From positions 69,936,001-70,000,000 of the forward strand of contig CM060731.1 in NCBI GenBank assembly GCA_030704615.1: 64,000 bases of DNA, given 5' to 3'. Each line of letters begins with the position of its first letter. Positions within the stretch are counted from its first letter, which is position 1. The stretch is from Takakia lepidozioides. Lineage: Eukaryota; Plantae; Bryophyta. The translations under genes were made by a program, and so were the position numbers. This document shows, one piece after another, positions 38,401-51,527 of the stretch. Under the pieces are notes generated by a model. It was not told where the DNA came from and ran no database searches. It worked only from the letters and a program-made list of their open reading frames with translations.

Positions 38401-39372
38401 GTACCTTAGGATGGGTGCTGGCAAACTCCAGCAGCCGAGCATGGAACGCTTGTCTTCGTTGGACCGTTTCTACCTTCGATGTCTTATTGCTCTCTTTCCA
38501 GGTTGAGCTTTCTCCTTTCGCAAGCTCCATTTCTTCATCAGCGGGCATTGGCAAAAGAGAAATGTGCAAATCCCACCTTTTCCTGAGGGTATCGGGGTCT
38601 GCGCATCTTACATACTCAAGTTGCACAGCTTCTGGTAAAATGTGCCTGATCTGTGCCAAATGGCTGTGTAGAAACCGTCTGCGATTAAAGACCAACTATG
38701 TCAAATGTCTGCAATCCTTTCCGTTGGACGTTACAAAGATTCTTTTTTTCTCACACCCCCCACCCCACCATCACCACCACACACACCGAAGAAAGTTGCA
38801 GAAGAGACTACCTTTTGGTTGTGGCTTCAACCGTGCTACAGACAGCTCGGAAAGTAGAGAGCTGGCGACGGATACCCAACAGACCAATGGCTGCCTCCAA
38901 GCCTTCGTAAAAGGCTTCCAGAATTGCATACCTGCCCACATATGGTTTTCAGTCCCAGGAGCTTCAAGCATAACATAAACATGCGAGCGACATATTGAGA
39001 ACTGTACATCATACATTGGACCAACATGCACTAGAACATTGACAGACACAGAGGATAAATCCTAGAGAAACGAGCGTAATCGAAGTGAAAGGCAGGGAGA
39101 AACATAAGCGCTTACTTGGGAGGCAGCTTCTGACTCGACGACTTCTTCTGCTGCAACTTCGTCTTTCGAGGCGAAGCTGGAGAGATTGGTGGAGCACATT
39201 CCCTCTTTAAATTGGGCTCCACTTTCCTACTTCTGAAACCCAGCAATCCTCGCCTCGTCCTCTCTCTATCCATCCCATGATCCACCAACGCTCCAGCTCT
39301 CCTCACAGAAGCTTTGTTTTGGTCTGACCTTGTGCTTGGCTTAGGACCACCCGGATTCATGTGGGTTTCCAT
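35414..39372 (-). CDS. CDT1: DNA replication licensing factor CDT1-like; exons 39372(or 39273)-39116, 38931-38812, 38678-38405, 38102-36642, 36529-36328, 36039-35949, 35471-35414
   Basis: N-domain LPPKYAILEAFYEGLE..RRFLHSHLAQIRHILPEA..RRQAFHARL..DIPEA; C-terminal winged helix LPQLFNQLRLIF..EVEERLKLLTELAPNWI..YRIN. All splice phases are consistent. Confidence 0.9.
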
Positions 39373-39516
39373 AACTTGATGACCCAGCCCTCTGTTTCTT
39401 CCCAAACTACAGATGGGGGCAGAGAAGAGTCAGCTCTACAGCAGACTTCCGCCCCCACCACCACTCTCTCGCACCTCCCCACAAACTCACTCACACGAAG
39501 CAATGAGGGCGAGGAC

Positions 39517-39541
39517 GTTCCCGCGCAAAAATGGCGCGAAG
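39517..39541. promoter_or_regulatory. Paired E2F-like sites upstream of CDT1
   Basis: GTTCCCGCGC and TGGCGCGAAG (reverse complement CTTCGCGC), each 1 mismatch from TTTSSCGC. CDT1 genes are established E2F targets. Confidence 0.55.
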
Positions 39542-40806
39542 GCTGACGTGGATCCTCGTGGGTACATCATACATACACATGGGTACATGGAATCTCAATA
39601 AATTAGTATATAACAAAAATGATTGTCTAATATTTTGGGAACACGTTCTCATTTTTGTTTACGTGTTCTGTTATGGAAAGAACAGCGCTACTTTCTCTTT
39701 CGTGTTCCGTTCATTGGAAGAGATTGCAGTCCGAGCCTTGTGACGGCTCTGATCTTCACCATAGTGGTGTTATGATGGAACAAGGCATTATTCAGCAAGG
39801 AAAAGCTTTCGCATTGTCTGAAGTCAGGTTCTCCAAAATGAGAGAGTAGGAATGGGCAACAATACATCTTTGAATTTCTCAAGAAATCTTCATAGATGAA
39901 ATATTATATTGTTGTGATATGGTACAAGAGAACCTTGTCGAAGTGTTTAATGTTGGAAATCAATTCTAACATTCCATGTATCAGATGGTGAATCCTCAAA
40001 AGGACATAACTCTTAGACAAGGACCTGTGATCTATGTGACTGAGACCTTTTGATTATATCTTGAATATGACTGTTCACATGTTTCCCCCGCCCTTTTCAA
40101 ATAGGGGATGGTGGAATTTTACTGATAAGGTCAATGGAACATAAGGAGAAAAAAATAACCTCCACGGGACCATGATTCGGCAGTAAATAATTAGAAATGA
40201 ATATGCCTAATAACTGTTGAAATTCCAAAATATATATAAAAAAAACCTAAAATCCCAAACAAACTACTGAGCATGTCAAGTGCAGTGAACGATGAAAAGC
40301 GCAGAGGTAATGGCCACCTTGAAGAGAACCTAGCTTGCAAAATTAGGCTAGGCTAACGTAGATAATATATCAGCACAAGAGGCCACAGAGCTACCATTAC
40401 ATAGAGAACCCAGTCTGCAAAATATCAGCGTCGGAGATCTCAAAGATGTTTCAAGGCACAAAACACCTTTGACTGAATCTAAAATGAACTCCAAACTACA
40501 TCCATAGGTCCATGACTTGAATCAACAAGATCATCATATTGTTGATCAATCAAATCGTCTAACGTCTTCCGCAGGTCCCCACCACCTGGATTGCAATTCA
40601 GATCTGGGAGATCAGCCTTGTTAATATCCATATCAGACAGACAACGGCTCATCACCCTACGATTGTATCATCCAAGTACACGTCAGGTACTTCATCAAAC
40701 GCAACTCTAACATCAGGTATCATATCAACAACTTCAATGTTCGTTCAAGGACGCAAACAATGAGGCTTCGTGGTTAGCTTGCATAATTTCAGCCTGGAAC
40801 TCCAAC

Positions 40807-41001
40807 TCAAACGCGCGCGACACTGGTCAGATTGACATCTAATACAATCCCAGCTTTGATGATGCCACCATGGACCTTTTCCCTATTTTCCAGGGCTGCC
40901 AGGATTGCACACGCATTGCAAACACAAACGAATGTGACTGGCCTAGGCTCCACCCTTTCTCGCATCATTTGCTGACAAATCTTCAAAGCCTCATCCCACA
41001 C
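40807..41001 (-). pseudogene. Isolated PLS-class PPR fragment
   Basis: DEALKICQQMMRERVEPRPVTFVCVCNACAILAALENREKVHGGIIKAG resembles a P/L motif junction; no flanking repeats. Confidence 0.7.
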
Positions 41002-41415
41002 CTTTGCTTTGCGAGGTAACTTGCAAATGAATATTTTAAGATTTCATTAACTGACAGTATGTCAGTAAGGTAACCATACCGGATTGAACGAATGGCATTG
41101 TATGCCTAGATGTATATCGTAAGAATGTCAAGGCAAGCTCTATTTGCTGTGCGCTTTGAAGGCTTGCCCTGCGCACTGGCAGCTCGAAATAAGGTAAAAG
41201 TGTTTATGAGAGCAATTAAGCTTACTGGGTTACTGCTCTTTTTAAAGGAGATCTGAGAATGCCTCCCTCATGGACATCAGCGATCTTCACGACATACAGG
41301 AAGGCACCCTTCCATGTCAAAGCGATTGTTGGTGTGACCAAGCTGAAGGGATTGAGTAGGATTTATGACTACCTGCTGTTTTGGCTTTCTAATGATCCCC
41401 TGTGTTTACTACTTC

Positions 41416-42542
41416 GTGGTATCAATCACTGAGGTGTCTTTAACCACTCACAATCTACCACCGTCCAAGTGATACCAATCACTGCGGTGTCTTTAACCAT
41501 TCACTATGTACCACTGTCCAAGTGGTACTAATCACTGAGGTGTCTTTAACCACATAACATTCTAGAACTAACATGAGAGATTGAAGACCTGGCTATGTTG
41601 GCTATCTGCATTCAAACGACATTTGTACAACCAACCGCTATTCCAGTTGAGGAAAGTGATTCAAAGGGTGACGAATATGTTTCAGATTCAGAATAAAGTT
41701 TATTGTTGGAATCATTTGTTCAATAGCATCATCCTACAATGGTTTGGACACTTGTCTGTTTTTCAAAGTCTGTCACAGGTGCACAAACCACTTAAAGTTT
41801 TTCACGTATCACCACAAAAGTGGTACCAATCATTGTTGTGTAGGCAAACACTCATGAACGACCACTAGAATAGTGGTTCCAATTACTGCAGTGTCTTTCA
41901 CCACCCACTCTCTACCACTGTCAAAGTGGTACAAATCAATGAGGTGTATTTAAATTCTAATACTTAGTCAAGTTTGGCCCTTCCCAGCTCCCAGTCACCC
42001 TGGTTGTCACTCCAGATGATGTCACCCCAATGCTTGTCACCCCAATCTGCCTCACTCTGGAGAAGGGATGAGGAAGATTTGATAGGCTGGAAAGTGCTAT
42101 GTATTCCTAAATTGTTCTGAATCTGAACTGAATCTGGAGCTCGATCAAGGATTGACAGTGACGATGAGCTAGGTGAATGGAGGTGGAGGACCCCAAAAAC
42201 ACAAACCATCAAATTTGAGAAGAAAAACTACCCCAACAACAAAGGATCACAATTTCAACCACTTCCCATCACTGAGGTGTCTATAACCACTTACAATGTA
42301 TCACTGCACCCGTCCACGTGGAATATTATATTTATTAACTAAAATATATTACCAAATACAAAATAATAAATAAAAATAAATTATTACACGTGGATTACTG
42401 AGTGGTTGGAAGTGCTGTTTGTGATGCCACCGTGGTATTTATTGGGATTAATCACTGGCAAATGGTTACTAGTGGTTTATAGAATGGGAAAAGACAGTAG
42501 TGGTTAAAGGGCCAGTGGTTATTCCGCATTTTCCTTCTAGTG
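41416..42542. mobile_element. CACTA (EnSpm) transposon right end with subterminal repeats; left end not found
   Basis: Terminus TTTTCCTTCTAGTG (reverse complement CACTAGAAGGAAAA) at 42529-42542. 53-bp tandem repeats at 41416/41469/41522 recur at ~41870-41950 and ~42268. ACCAC/GTGGT motifs in both orientations. Confidence 0.7.
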
Positions 42543-44050
42543 ATATTCGTACCATTCTCTCTATTGCTGCAGTGGAAGACATGGAGATCACTCAATTTGA
42601 CATACGAACAGCCTTTTTGTGTGGCGAAATTGATGATGAGACCTTGAGCAGCCTGTAGGTTTTATTGATGCAAACCATCCCACAAACTTTTTTCCGCCTC
42701 ATGAAGGCCCTCTATGCAATCTTCATGAGTTTCTACGAGTTTGGAATCGCAAAGTCCATAGCTTCGTAATTGATCACAATATCTCTCAATGGTGGATGAC
42801 GGGCTCACCTGTAGCAAACAAGAACTTTGCATCACTTATGTCCTTGGTGCCATGAAAGGAGCGTTCAACATCTGTACCGAATGAAACCCTGGCATTTATG
42901 TCGGTCTTCATATTACCAGGGATAGATTCCATCGCAAAATTCAGCTGGACCAGGTGCGCTACATTCAACATATGCTGGCACGTTTTGTCTTCACCGATCG
43001 CACCCCTTCACCGTCCCTGCCAACCCCCATAGCTATTTGGAATATGTCACTGCAATGACAGAGCCAACTGAAACCAAATTTCCATACCGGGAGTGCGTTG
43101 GAAGTTTGCATTTTGCTGCTCAAGGAACCCGAGTGGACATCTTCTACTCTGTAAGTCATGTAGCCAAGTACTCCGAGTCTCCAAAGCTTCCCCACGTTGG
43201 TGTTGTAAAGCGCATTCTCAAATATTTACGTGGATTTCCTGCTTTGCGGATCACATACACTGCACAGTCCAAGTTTCAAAATCAGCTTGTGGCATATTAT
43301 AATGCCAATTATGCTGGCAACATGGATGACCGCAAAAGCAGATCTGGGTATGTTTTAATGCTCAATGGAGGCCCGGTGGCATGGGGGAGCCGCAAACAAT
43401 AATCTTGCACAGCTACCAGCACCACTGAAGCAGAATACATATTGCCACCTAGGAAATCATTTGGATGTGCCGCCTCTTACATGGTTTACACTACACACAA
43501 GCTAGCCCTACAGTTTTGTAGAGCGACAATCAAGTCGCAATTCGTTTGGTATAAAATCCAGAGTTCCTTAAACGCACCAAATACATTGAAGTGAAGTATC
43601 ACAAGATCAGAAAAGCTGAAGAGACTTGAGAGATTCGTATTACATATGTTACTATTACTGACAATATGGCTGATCATATCCTCACCAAAGCCCCCCCTCG
43701 TGACAAATTTTGCTGCTTCAAGACTCTACTCGGTCTCATTTAATCCACCGTTGTTGTTGATAGTTCAACCTCATCCTGAGTGGGAGTGTTAAATATACAG
43801 CGCATATACGGTATGAGGTTGGTAGTGTACTGACCTGTAGATTGAGAAGCTTCTTGGCATAACAAAGAGAATGATGAGCTTAGCTGAGCTCGTGCATAGT
43901 CTTGATAGTGGTGCTTAGTGGTGGTGCAGCGTGTGTCAGAGAGTGAGCGACAGAGGTGTGGGCAATGATTGTGAAGCTGTGTGTATATTTTCACAATCAG
44001 TGTTAATACATCTTTTCTACATCGTTGTGCATAATTTTGGGAGTTAGTAC
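42543..44050 (+). mobile_element. Degenerate Ty1/copia RT-RNase H, PPT and probable 3' LTR (starts TG at 43787; end uncertain)
   Basis: IRTILSIAA..QFDIRTAFL, VDDGL, YVGLHITRDR, PYRECVGSL, KRILKYLRG, RKSRSGY..GGPVAWGSRKQ, STTEAEY, RTKYIEVKYH, NMADHILTK; PPT GAGTGGGAG. Confidence 0.85.
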
Positions 44051-45087
44051 ATTGCATTATTTCAATATTTAGATAGGTAATACCGCCTGTAAGCCAGACG
44101 CAAATATTTGAGTGCAGCCCCAAGGCGTTTATGCCTAATTTTAACGGTTAAGGCAATTGGAGGCCATAATTCATTTATAAACTAATTTGTATATTAGTGG
44201 CCTCTGTGTCGTTTGCCCGCAGACGTTGAACTCGAACGTCGAGCTTCTTGACCATGAAGACTTCCTACTGGTGCTTGATGGGCTGACACACCAAAGCTGC
44301 AGCCAACTCTCTCTTTGCAAGGCCTTCCTACTCGTCGCTTGGGAGCCAACCACCACTCTCGTTGCATTATGAGCGAGCTTCTCTCCTTCTCGTTGAATTT
44401 CAACTAACTCAGCCTTGTCTATGCCTCGGAATAAAGAATATAAAAATGGTTGTCTCATGATCCTGCGTTGCCAATACTTCTTGATTGTCAAAGCTAAGAT
44501 CTATTGCGTAAGAGAGCTGAGAAATAGCTAACTTAAAGTAAACTGCTAATAAACTAATTTACACATACACATCCAATTTGGAAGCAATCTGAACGTACTA
44601 AGACAGTGACATTTTCTTCTTTTCTTTCACACAACAAAATGTAGACCAAAGCTTTCTTTCAACTTTAAAAGACATGTGCATTTTGCTGGTAATCTTAACC
44701 ATTTCAATATAAAGCAAGTACAATAGCAAAGAGAACCGTGGTTCCTAAATTTCTTCAGAACTAAAACCTCGTAAGGCTCTAGGCTTTGAGTCATAATATC
44801 ATCCACCATCCACTGTGCGAGAGAAGAGACGGGCTACCACTTAGCCATCGCAGCCAACGTGCAGATCACAGTGTAGCAATATTACTGTGCCGCGATATTT
44901 GCTGGAAGCATGTTCCAGCTCTAAAGTCCAGCAGCTCTCATTGCCGAATTATTTAAAATCTCCTCATCACATTGCCGTAAAATCTAGAAATTTCCTTAAG
45001 TATGCTGGAGTACGCTACAGTATTTTGTTGGAAAGAAAATAAATATTTGGCACTTCAATGCCGAATCAGACTGCCGACTACGACATG

Positions 45088-46027
45088 TCTTAAAGTGGGC
45101 ACATCCTCACTATTGTAACATCTTCTTCATTCTCAATTACAAGTCACTCTCTCTCCATAAATTCTACATGTATTGGAGCTAGTGCTCAAACGATCCAAAG
45201 AACTCTACCGAGAGTCGACTTAAGACTGTCATATTAGTAGATAAGATAGTCAAACAACTATTTAAGAATATCTAAGGTCTTCATGATCTAAAACATATTA
45301 TATGTAAAACAAAACTTTGCATCAATATAGTACACCATAAACACCTAAATGTAGTACAAGGAATGTTCATGGTGACAAAAATGCAACGAAGTCAAAGTCA
45401 TGGAGACCTAAATGTGGTACAAAGGAATATTCATGGTGACAAAAATGCAACGAAGTCATGGGGACAATTACGTTGTTAATGATGCTTGGAGTTCCAACAA
45501 ACTTATTTCAGAATCTTCATAGAGTATGCCATGCGGCATCAATTTAAGAAAGAAATCTACGGTGTCATCACAACAGCACCCCTAATGGTGCATTTAAACT
45601 TCAAATGAGTAATTTCTCCAACGAGAACTTCCATTTGAAAATTAGGTTGTCTCTAATTTGATAGCAAGCTGGTCTTAACAACGACTTCCACTTTGACGTG
45701 AAGGAAGTCTCAATTCGACCAAGGGAGCACATGCTAGAGGACGTTGGCCAACGCCAACCTCTATACATCTCATTTTTTCAAAAACTAAGATTATGTGAAT
45801 ATGCATTGATAGCATTGTTGGACAAAAAATAGGGCCATTGTAATTTAGACTCTTGAATGTTTTGAGTGAAAGAAGGGTGTTGAAAGTCAATCCTAACATT
45901 CAACGTATCTTAGACCTATTGGTTGTCTCAATAATAGTGAGTTTTCACATATCTTAAAGTGAGCACACACTCACTATTGTAACATCTTCTTCATTCTCAA
46001 TTCCAAGTCACCCTCTCTAAATTCTAC
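45088..46027. repeat. ~78-bp direct repeat (45088-45167, 45952-46027) enclosing a ~65-bp tandem duplication (45345-45465)
   Basis: TCTTAAAGTG..CTCACTATTGTAACATCTTCTTCATTCTCAATT..AAATTCTAC occurs twice, 864 bp apart. Confidence 0.75.
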
Positions 46028-46147
46028 CTGACTTACTCTAAAATGGTTGTCTATCTACGTATGATATATATAGTGTGAAGTCGTAGAGAAGGTTGGTTTG
46101 ATTCAGTTTGTGTGCACACACACACACTTCCTGTTTTTCTCTAAGAG

Positions 46148-49100
46148 TTAATGGGCATTATTCATATGGACGAGATTGTAGTAGGCGCCCTCCCTCCCCT
46201 TCGCTAGGAGTTCATCGTGCTTGCCTTGTTCCAGAATCACACCGTCCTGAAGCACTGCGATGGTGTCTGCATTCTTTATCGTCGCCAACCTGTGGAATAC
46301 CCGTGATCATGCCACATAAGTATTCGCCAAGCGAATTGATATTTGAGTACAACTGCATGCACGTGATTGACAGCTTTAAATGGGCACCTGATGCAAATCC
46401 CTTCCAAGTAACTCGACATATAACACTCTACGCTGTTAGAAGTGGCCGTCATTTTAAATGGAAATCTTGTCCAGATCTTGTAATGTTGAACCTGTAATTA
46501 TCCTTTTGACAGACTTGTTTTGAATCTACAGGGCATATAGTACAAATTCTGCTTGGTTGTCCTACTTTCTAGTCTTGAGGGCACATATTCTTTGTATGCT
46601 TGTTCGTCCATATCTACTCTTCAGTTTAGATGCCAAGCACGGACAAAAGCTGAACTGCACTCTCAGACTTTGCGGACCAGCTCTCCCTTTTGCTATCTAG
46701 TTGAAGAACTTTGAGGGTTGAGCTTCCCCTGGAAGTTTGGAGATCGTTAAATTCTTCTTTCCCATCAATTGATAGATACATAACGTGTGAAATATACTGC
46801 ACGGTGAATAAGTCCGTTACCTGTGAGCCACCACAATTGTAGTTCTACCAACCATCATGCCGTCGAGTGCCTCCTGCACCACCCGCTCTGATTCAGCATC
46901 CAGGGCACTGGTAGCCTCGTCCAAAAGCAGTATTCTGGGATTTTTCAGAATCGCCCGGGCTATTGCAATCCGCTGCTTCTGGCCCCCGGACAGCTGCAGT
47001 CCCCGGTCACCAGTAAATGTCGAGTAGCCATCCGGCAGTGCACTGCACAGGAAGATTATCAATTATGATCAGGTATTTGCTAGGATCGTTATAGCTCAGG
47101 ACTGCTGCACTGGGGGTCTGATAGGTTATTGTTGTGATTGTCGACCGCAAACATCGCATGATCATGCGATCCGAATTTCACAGGAAGCTAAGTTCTAGGT
47201 TCAATGTTATCCAGCCGCGACTGTTACACTTCACATAATAACTTTCCACAATCTATCTACATGTACGCGTGAGACTTCTCTCCTGCCACTGTGGACTGTA
47301 TGACCTTTTTGAACTTGTCTGATTTCCATAGATCACCTGGGACTATCAATTGATCAATCAAATATTTCACCTGATGAAGTTGTGGGCATTGGCAGCGCGT
47401 GCTGCCTCAATGACCTCGGCTTCTGTGGCTCCTTCCTTCCCGTATGCTATGTTATCTCGTATGGACGATGCAAATAGGGTTGGTTCCTGATTCACTAGTC
47501 CGATATGTTTACGCAGTGACCGCAGATGTAGAGTGCGTATATCTCTACCATCAATGAATACCTTTCCCTGTAAAGGATCGTAGAATCTCTCTATGAGGCC
47601 TATTATTGTAGACTTCCCAGACCCACTCTGTCCAACCATGGCAGCTGTGCGCCCAGCTTGGACTTTGATGCTGAAGCCCTTGAAGATCATAATGTCAGGC
47701 CTGGCAGGGTATGCAAAATGAACATTCTTAAGCTGCACATGGCCTTGCACTGCCTCGACTTTCTCAGCTTCTTCAACATCAGCGTCAATCTCTGTTTTGC
47801 GGTCGAGAATGTCAAACACTGATTCTATGGCAACCGACGCCTTTGCAATGTCGGGAGCTAAAGCTCCAGCCTCTCCGATTGTTCTACTTGTATTCACAAA
47901 AACCAAAAAGACCTTGAAAAACGCCCCAAATGTTGCCTCCCTTCGTTTGGTTAGCTGACCACCATAATAGTAGACCAAGGCCATGGATCCAAACGCACAA
48001 AAATTGGCAATCGCAAAAGTTATTCCTGCTATCTGCGACCGTCGCGACATCGCTTTTCTTGGCCCCTCCAGTTTTTCCTCAAAAAGTGCAATGATTTTGT
48101 CCTGAGCAGAGAATGCAGTGATAGTGCGGTGTTGTGCTACTCCCTCGCTCGCCACCTGACTGGCTCCCATTTGTGCAATTGCCGTCTTCTTTGCAAATGA
48201 CACCAACAGTGCCTATCATTCATGCACAGTCCGGTTGTTTAGTGCACTGAGTTTGACATGGTTGGCCATCGATTGACAAGCGTCGTGTTCAGATGAATTC
48301 ATGAACATTACTTGAATTTGACCAGTATAAATTTGCTTGCAAGCTTGCAGATGCAGTCAATTGATCATGAATGAAGAAGCCAACACTTTCCACTCATCAC
48401 TTTGCCTCTAACTATCTTCCTTTCTCTCTCCCCCTAAGTATACTGACCAGTGCGAATAAACATCTCGAAACGACTTTCCACGAACTCTACCCATATCAAA
48501 ATCGACAAATTCCAGAACAATCATCAATACTAAGGTCCGGACTACCAAATTCCCACAAAGTTGAAGACAAATGCCTAGCACATCATGGATTAATAGGTAT
48601 AATCATGAGTACCAGTCCTGGTTATAGAGGAATATTTAAGACGGTTCGTAGCTCTGTACCTTCTTGATGTAATAGCAGAAGATGATCAGTGGATGCAGAA
48701 CGATGATAACCACTCCAAACCTCCATGAGACAATGAAGCAGATGATCCAGCTAACAGCTACCATACTTAGCGATCCTGCAAGCAGTGAAACTCGATCACC
48801 AATAACAGCCCGGAGCATGTTTGCATCGGAGGCGAGGCGTGAACAAATTGAACCACTGGAGTTCTCATCCCTATCAAACCATCCCACCTCAAATTTAAGA
48901 ACGGACGAGAGCATCAGCTGGCGCGCGCGTTTTGTCAACTGCTCACCAGCCACCGCAAAATAATAGTGCTGGAGGATGTTCGTTCCCAAGAAGAATACAC
49001 ACAATGCGATCAAAACGGCTGCATATATCTTCATGTGGTGCCAGAGCCTGTGGTGTTGGGAGCTAGCTATAGTATAGTAATCGTTAGTCACACATCCGAC

Positions 49101-51480
49101 GATGTAAGCATAGAATGGGTTTGCAAATCCAAACCCAACTGCTCCGAGGAGACCAAGAAGTCCCTGCTTCCATTCTGGCCTGTTGAGCGATAGAACCCGA
49201 GAGAATGAAGCCGGTTTCAATACTTGGGGCTCTTCCGTCTCTGGCTCCAGACCCACATCCGACGGCCTTTGGTAACCGAAAGATTCCCTTGTCCTGGCCG
49301 GAGAATCCCTTGCCCAGCCCGGAGATGCATCCAGGTCGCTGCTCAGAGAAAAACGACGTCCCGGGGTTCGACGTCCTGGGGTTCCACGTCCCGGGGTTCC
49401 ACGTCCCGGGGTTCCATATCCATAGCTTGCTCTTACAGCTTCTTCATTGGAGAGAGGCTCGGCTGAATCTGCTTCCTGAATGCGTGTGCGCAAAAATATC
49501 AACATTGCGATTAGACGCGTGTACATGGGCACAAGCGTAGACGTCAGTGATGATGGAAGATGGCATTGATACGATAGGGAGTCTGACTAGTGGATCTGTT
49601 GACCAAACAACTCTCGCTTGATTAAATGGGTGCATGTGCATTCTGGGCAATCTGCGCACTACAATGCTAGATATAACTGCCAAAGAAGATGGATCTAGTA
49701 CTGGTTGGGTACTTCAGCTAATTTTCCTCGAGCTCTGCTATTGCCGCTGGTTTTTGCAACGGGGTCTTTCTTTCTGTGTATTAAAGAGGAAAACCACGGT
49801 TGACACATGCATGCATTCATCTGAAATATCTGAGAATCAATTTTCGACTTTGAACAAAGCTTCAGGTGTGAGTGCGGAGGGTTGCGTCTGGATGTACAGT
49901 ACTTAACTACGAGGGATCATGGTTCGAGAATCTCAAATTGCGGATCATACAACACACTGTCTCACCTGCTGAGAATTCTGTAATCTGATCAATGCAGAAT
50001 ATGCACCTCCCTCTCCTTTGGAAAGAAGCTCGTCATGGCTACCCATCTCCACCACCTTGCCTGACATCAAGACAGCTATGGTGTCAGCATTGCGCACCGT
50101 CGTGAGCCTGTGGGCGACCACCACGGTGGTGCGACCAGCTGCAGCTCTCTCCAGGGCCTGTTGGACCACTTTCTCCGATTCCGCATCAAGGGCACTAGTG
50201 GCCTCGTCGAGCAGCAGCACGGATGGCTTCTTGAGCATCGTTCTGGCTATGGCGATGCGTTGCTTCTGCCCCCCTGACATTTGTACTCCTCGCTCACCCA
50301 CCTTCAGCAAAATTTAACATAATTTTTATCATGTGACATATTGATCACTCAAAAACTTTGCTAGAGAAAATATGATCAAGTACATAGGTACCCAGCATGG
50401 TCAATAGTCAATAGAACCCTATGTGTTGTAACATCTGCCAAGGGGGCCGAATCATGGCAAGAAGGGTAGTTCTCACTTCTCACCTGAGTCTCATAGCCAT
50501 TTGGCAGCTGGTTGATGAAGTTATGTGCGTTGGCGTTCTTAGCAGCTTCGATCACTTCATCCATGGTAGCATGGTCCTTACCATATAGAATGTTTCCAGC
50601 TATGGTAGTAGCAAAGAGTGCAGGCTCTTGGCTTACAAGCCCAATTTGCTGGCGCAACCACTTGAGCTGGAAGTCTTTGATGTTCACGCCGTCGATGAGC
50701 ACTTCCCCAGCTAATGGATCATAGAATCGTTCTAGCAATGCAATGACAGTCGACTTTCCTGACCCACTGCCTCCAACCAGAGCAACCGTCTTCCCTGTAG
50801 AATTGTTCGGCATCAGTGTTACAAGTACTACAGTAGTTCACAAGGACAATATGCGGAGCTGGTTGGAGAGCTCTCCAATCTGAAGATAATAACAAACATG
50901 TCTAATCGTCAGTGTGACTTGGGTGCACAATCTGTACGTACCTGCGGGTATTTGAAGACTGAAGTTTTTGAAGATAGGGGCATCCATCCTGGCGGGGTAG
51001 GAAAAATCAATGTTGCGAAGTTCCAGATTGCCATGCATTTTGTCCAAAGTCCTTCCACTTTGATCGTCCACATCGATGGTGGGCACTCGGTCAATCATTT
51101 TAAAGATTCTGTAGGCGGCAACCTTCCCTTCCAGAAAACACCTTATGTTTGGTGTTATGCTTCCTAGTCCCCTGTCGACATTTTAAATCAGGCCACAATC
51201 AGTAGCGAGCCCTCGTGACATAGAATGTTGAACGATTCATAGAGTCGGATGCGCTATCTCGCTCTCTCTCTCTTGCAGAGTCCTATATGTGATTCAATAT
51301 GTCAACTGAGATATTATGCAACCTGGCAGTTAAAGTAGGTCACCATACATAACAAGCAGGTTACCCAAGCTTGAACGCGTGCAAACTTTTATTTTCTCTC
51401 CCTCCTTGTATCTATTGAGGCGTCGTTTGGGCAACCACTAGGCTAGAGCAAGAAGCTATAGCATCGGTCAATACATCATG

Positions 51481-51527
<47 letters not shown>

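Noticed and set aside
42786-42971. 61-aa - strand ORF suggesting a captured exon
   Set aside because: The + strand encodes copia RT here (VDDGL, YVGLHITRDR).
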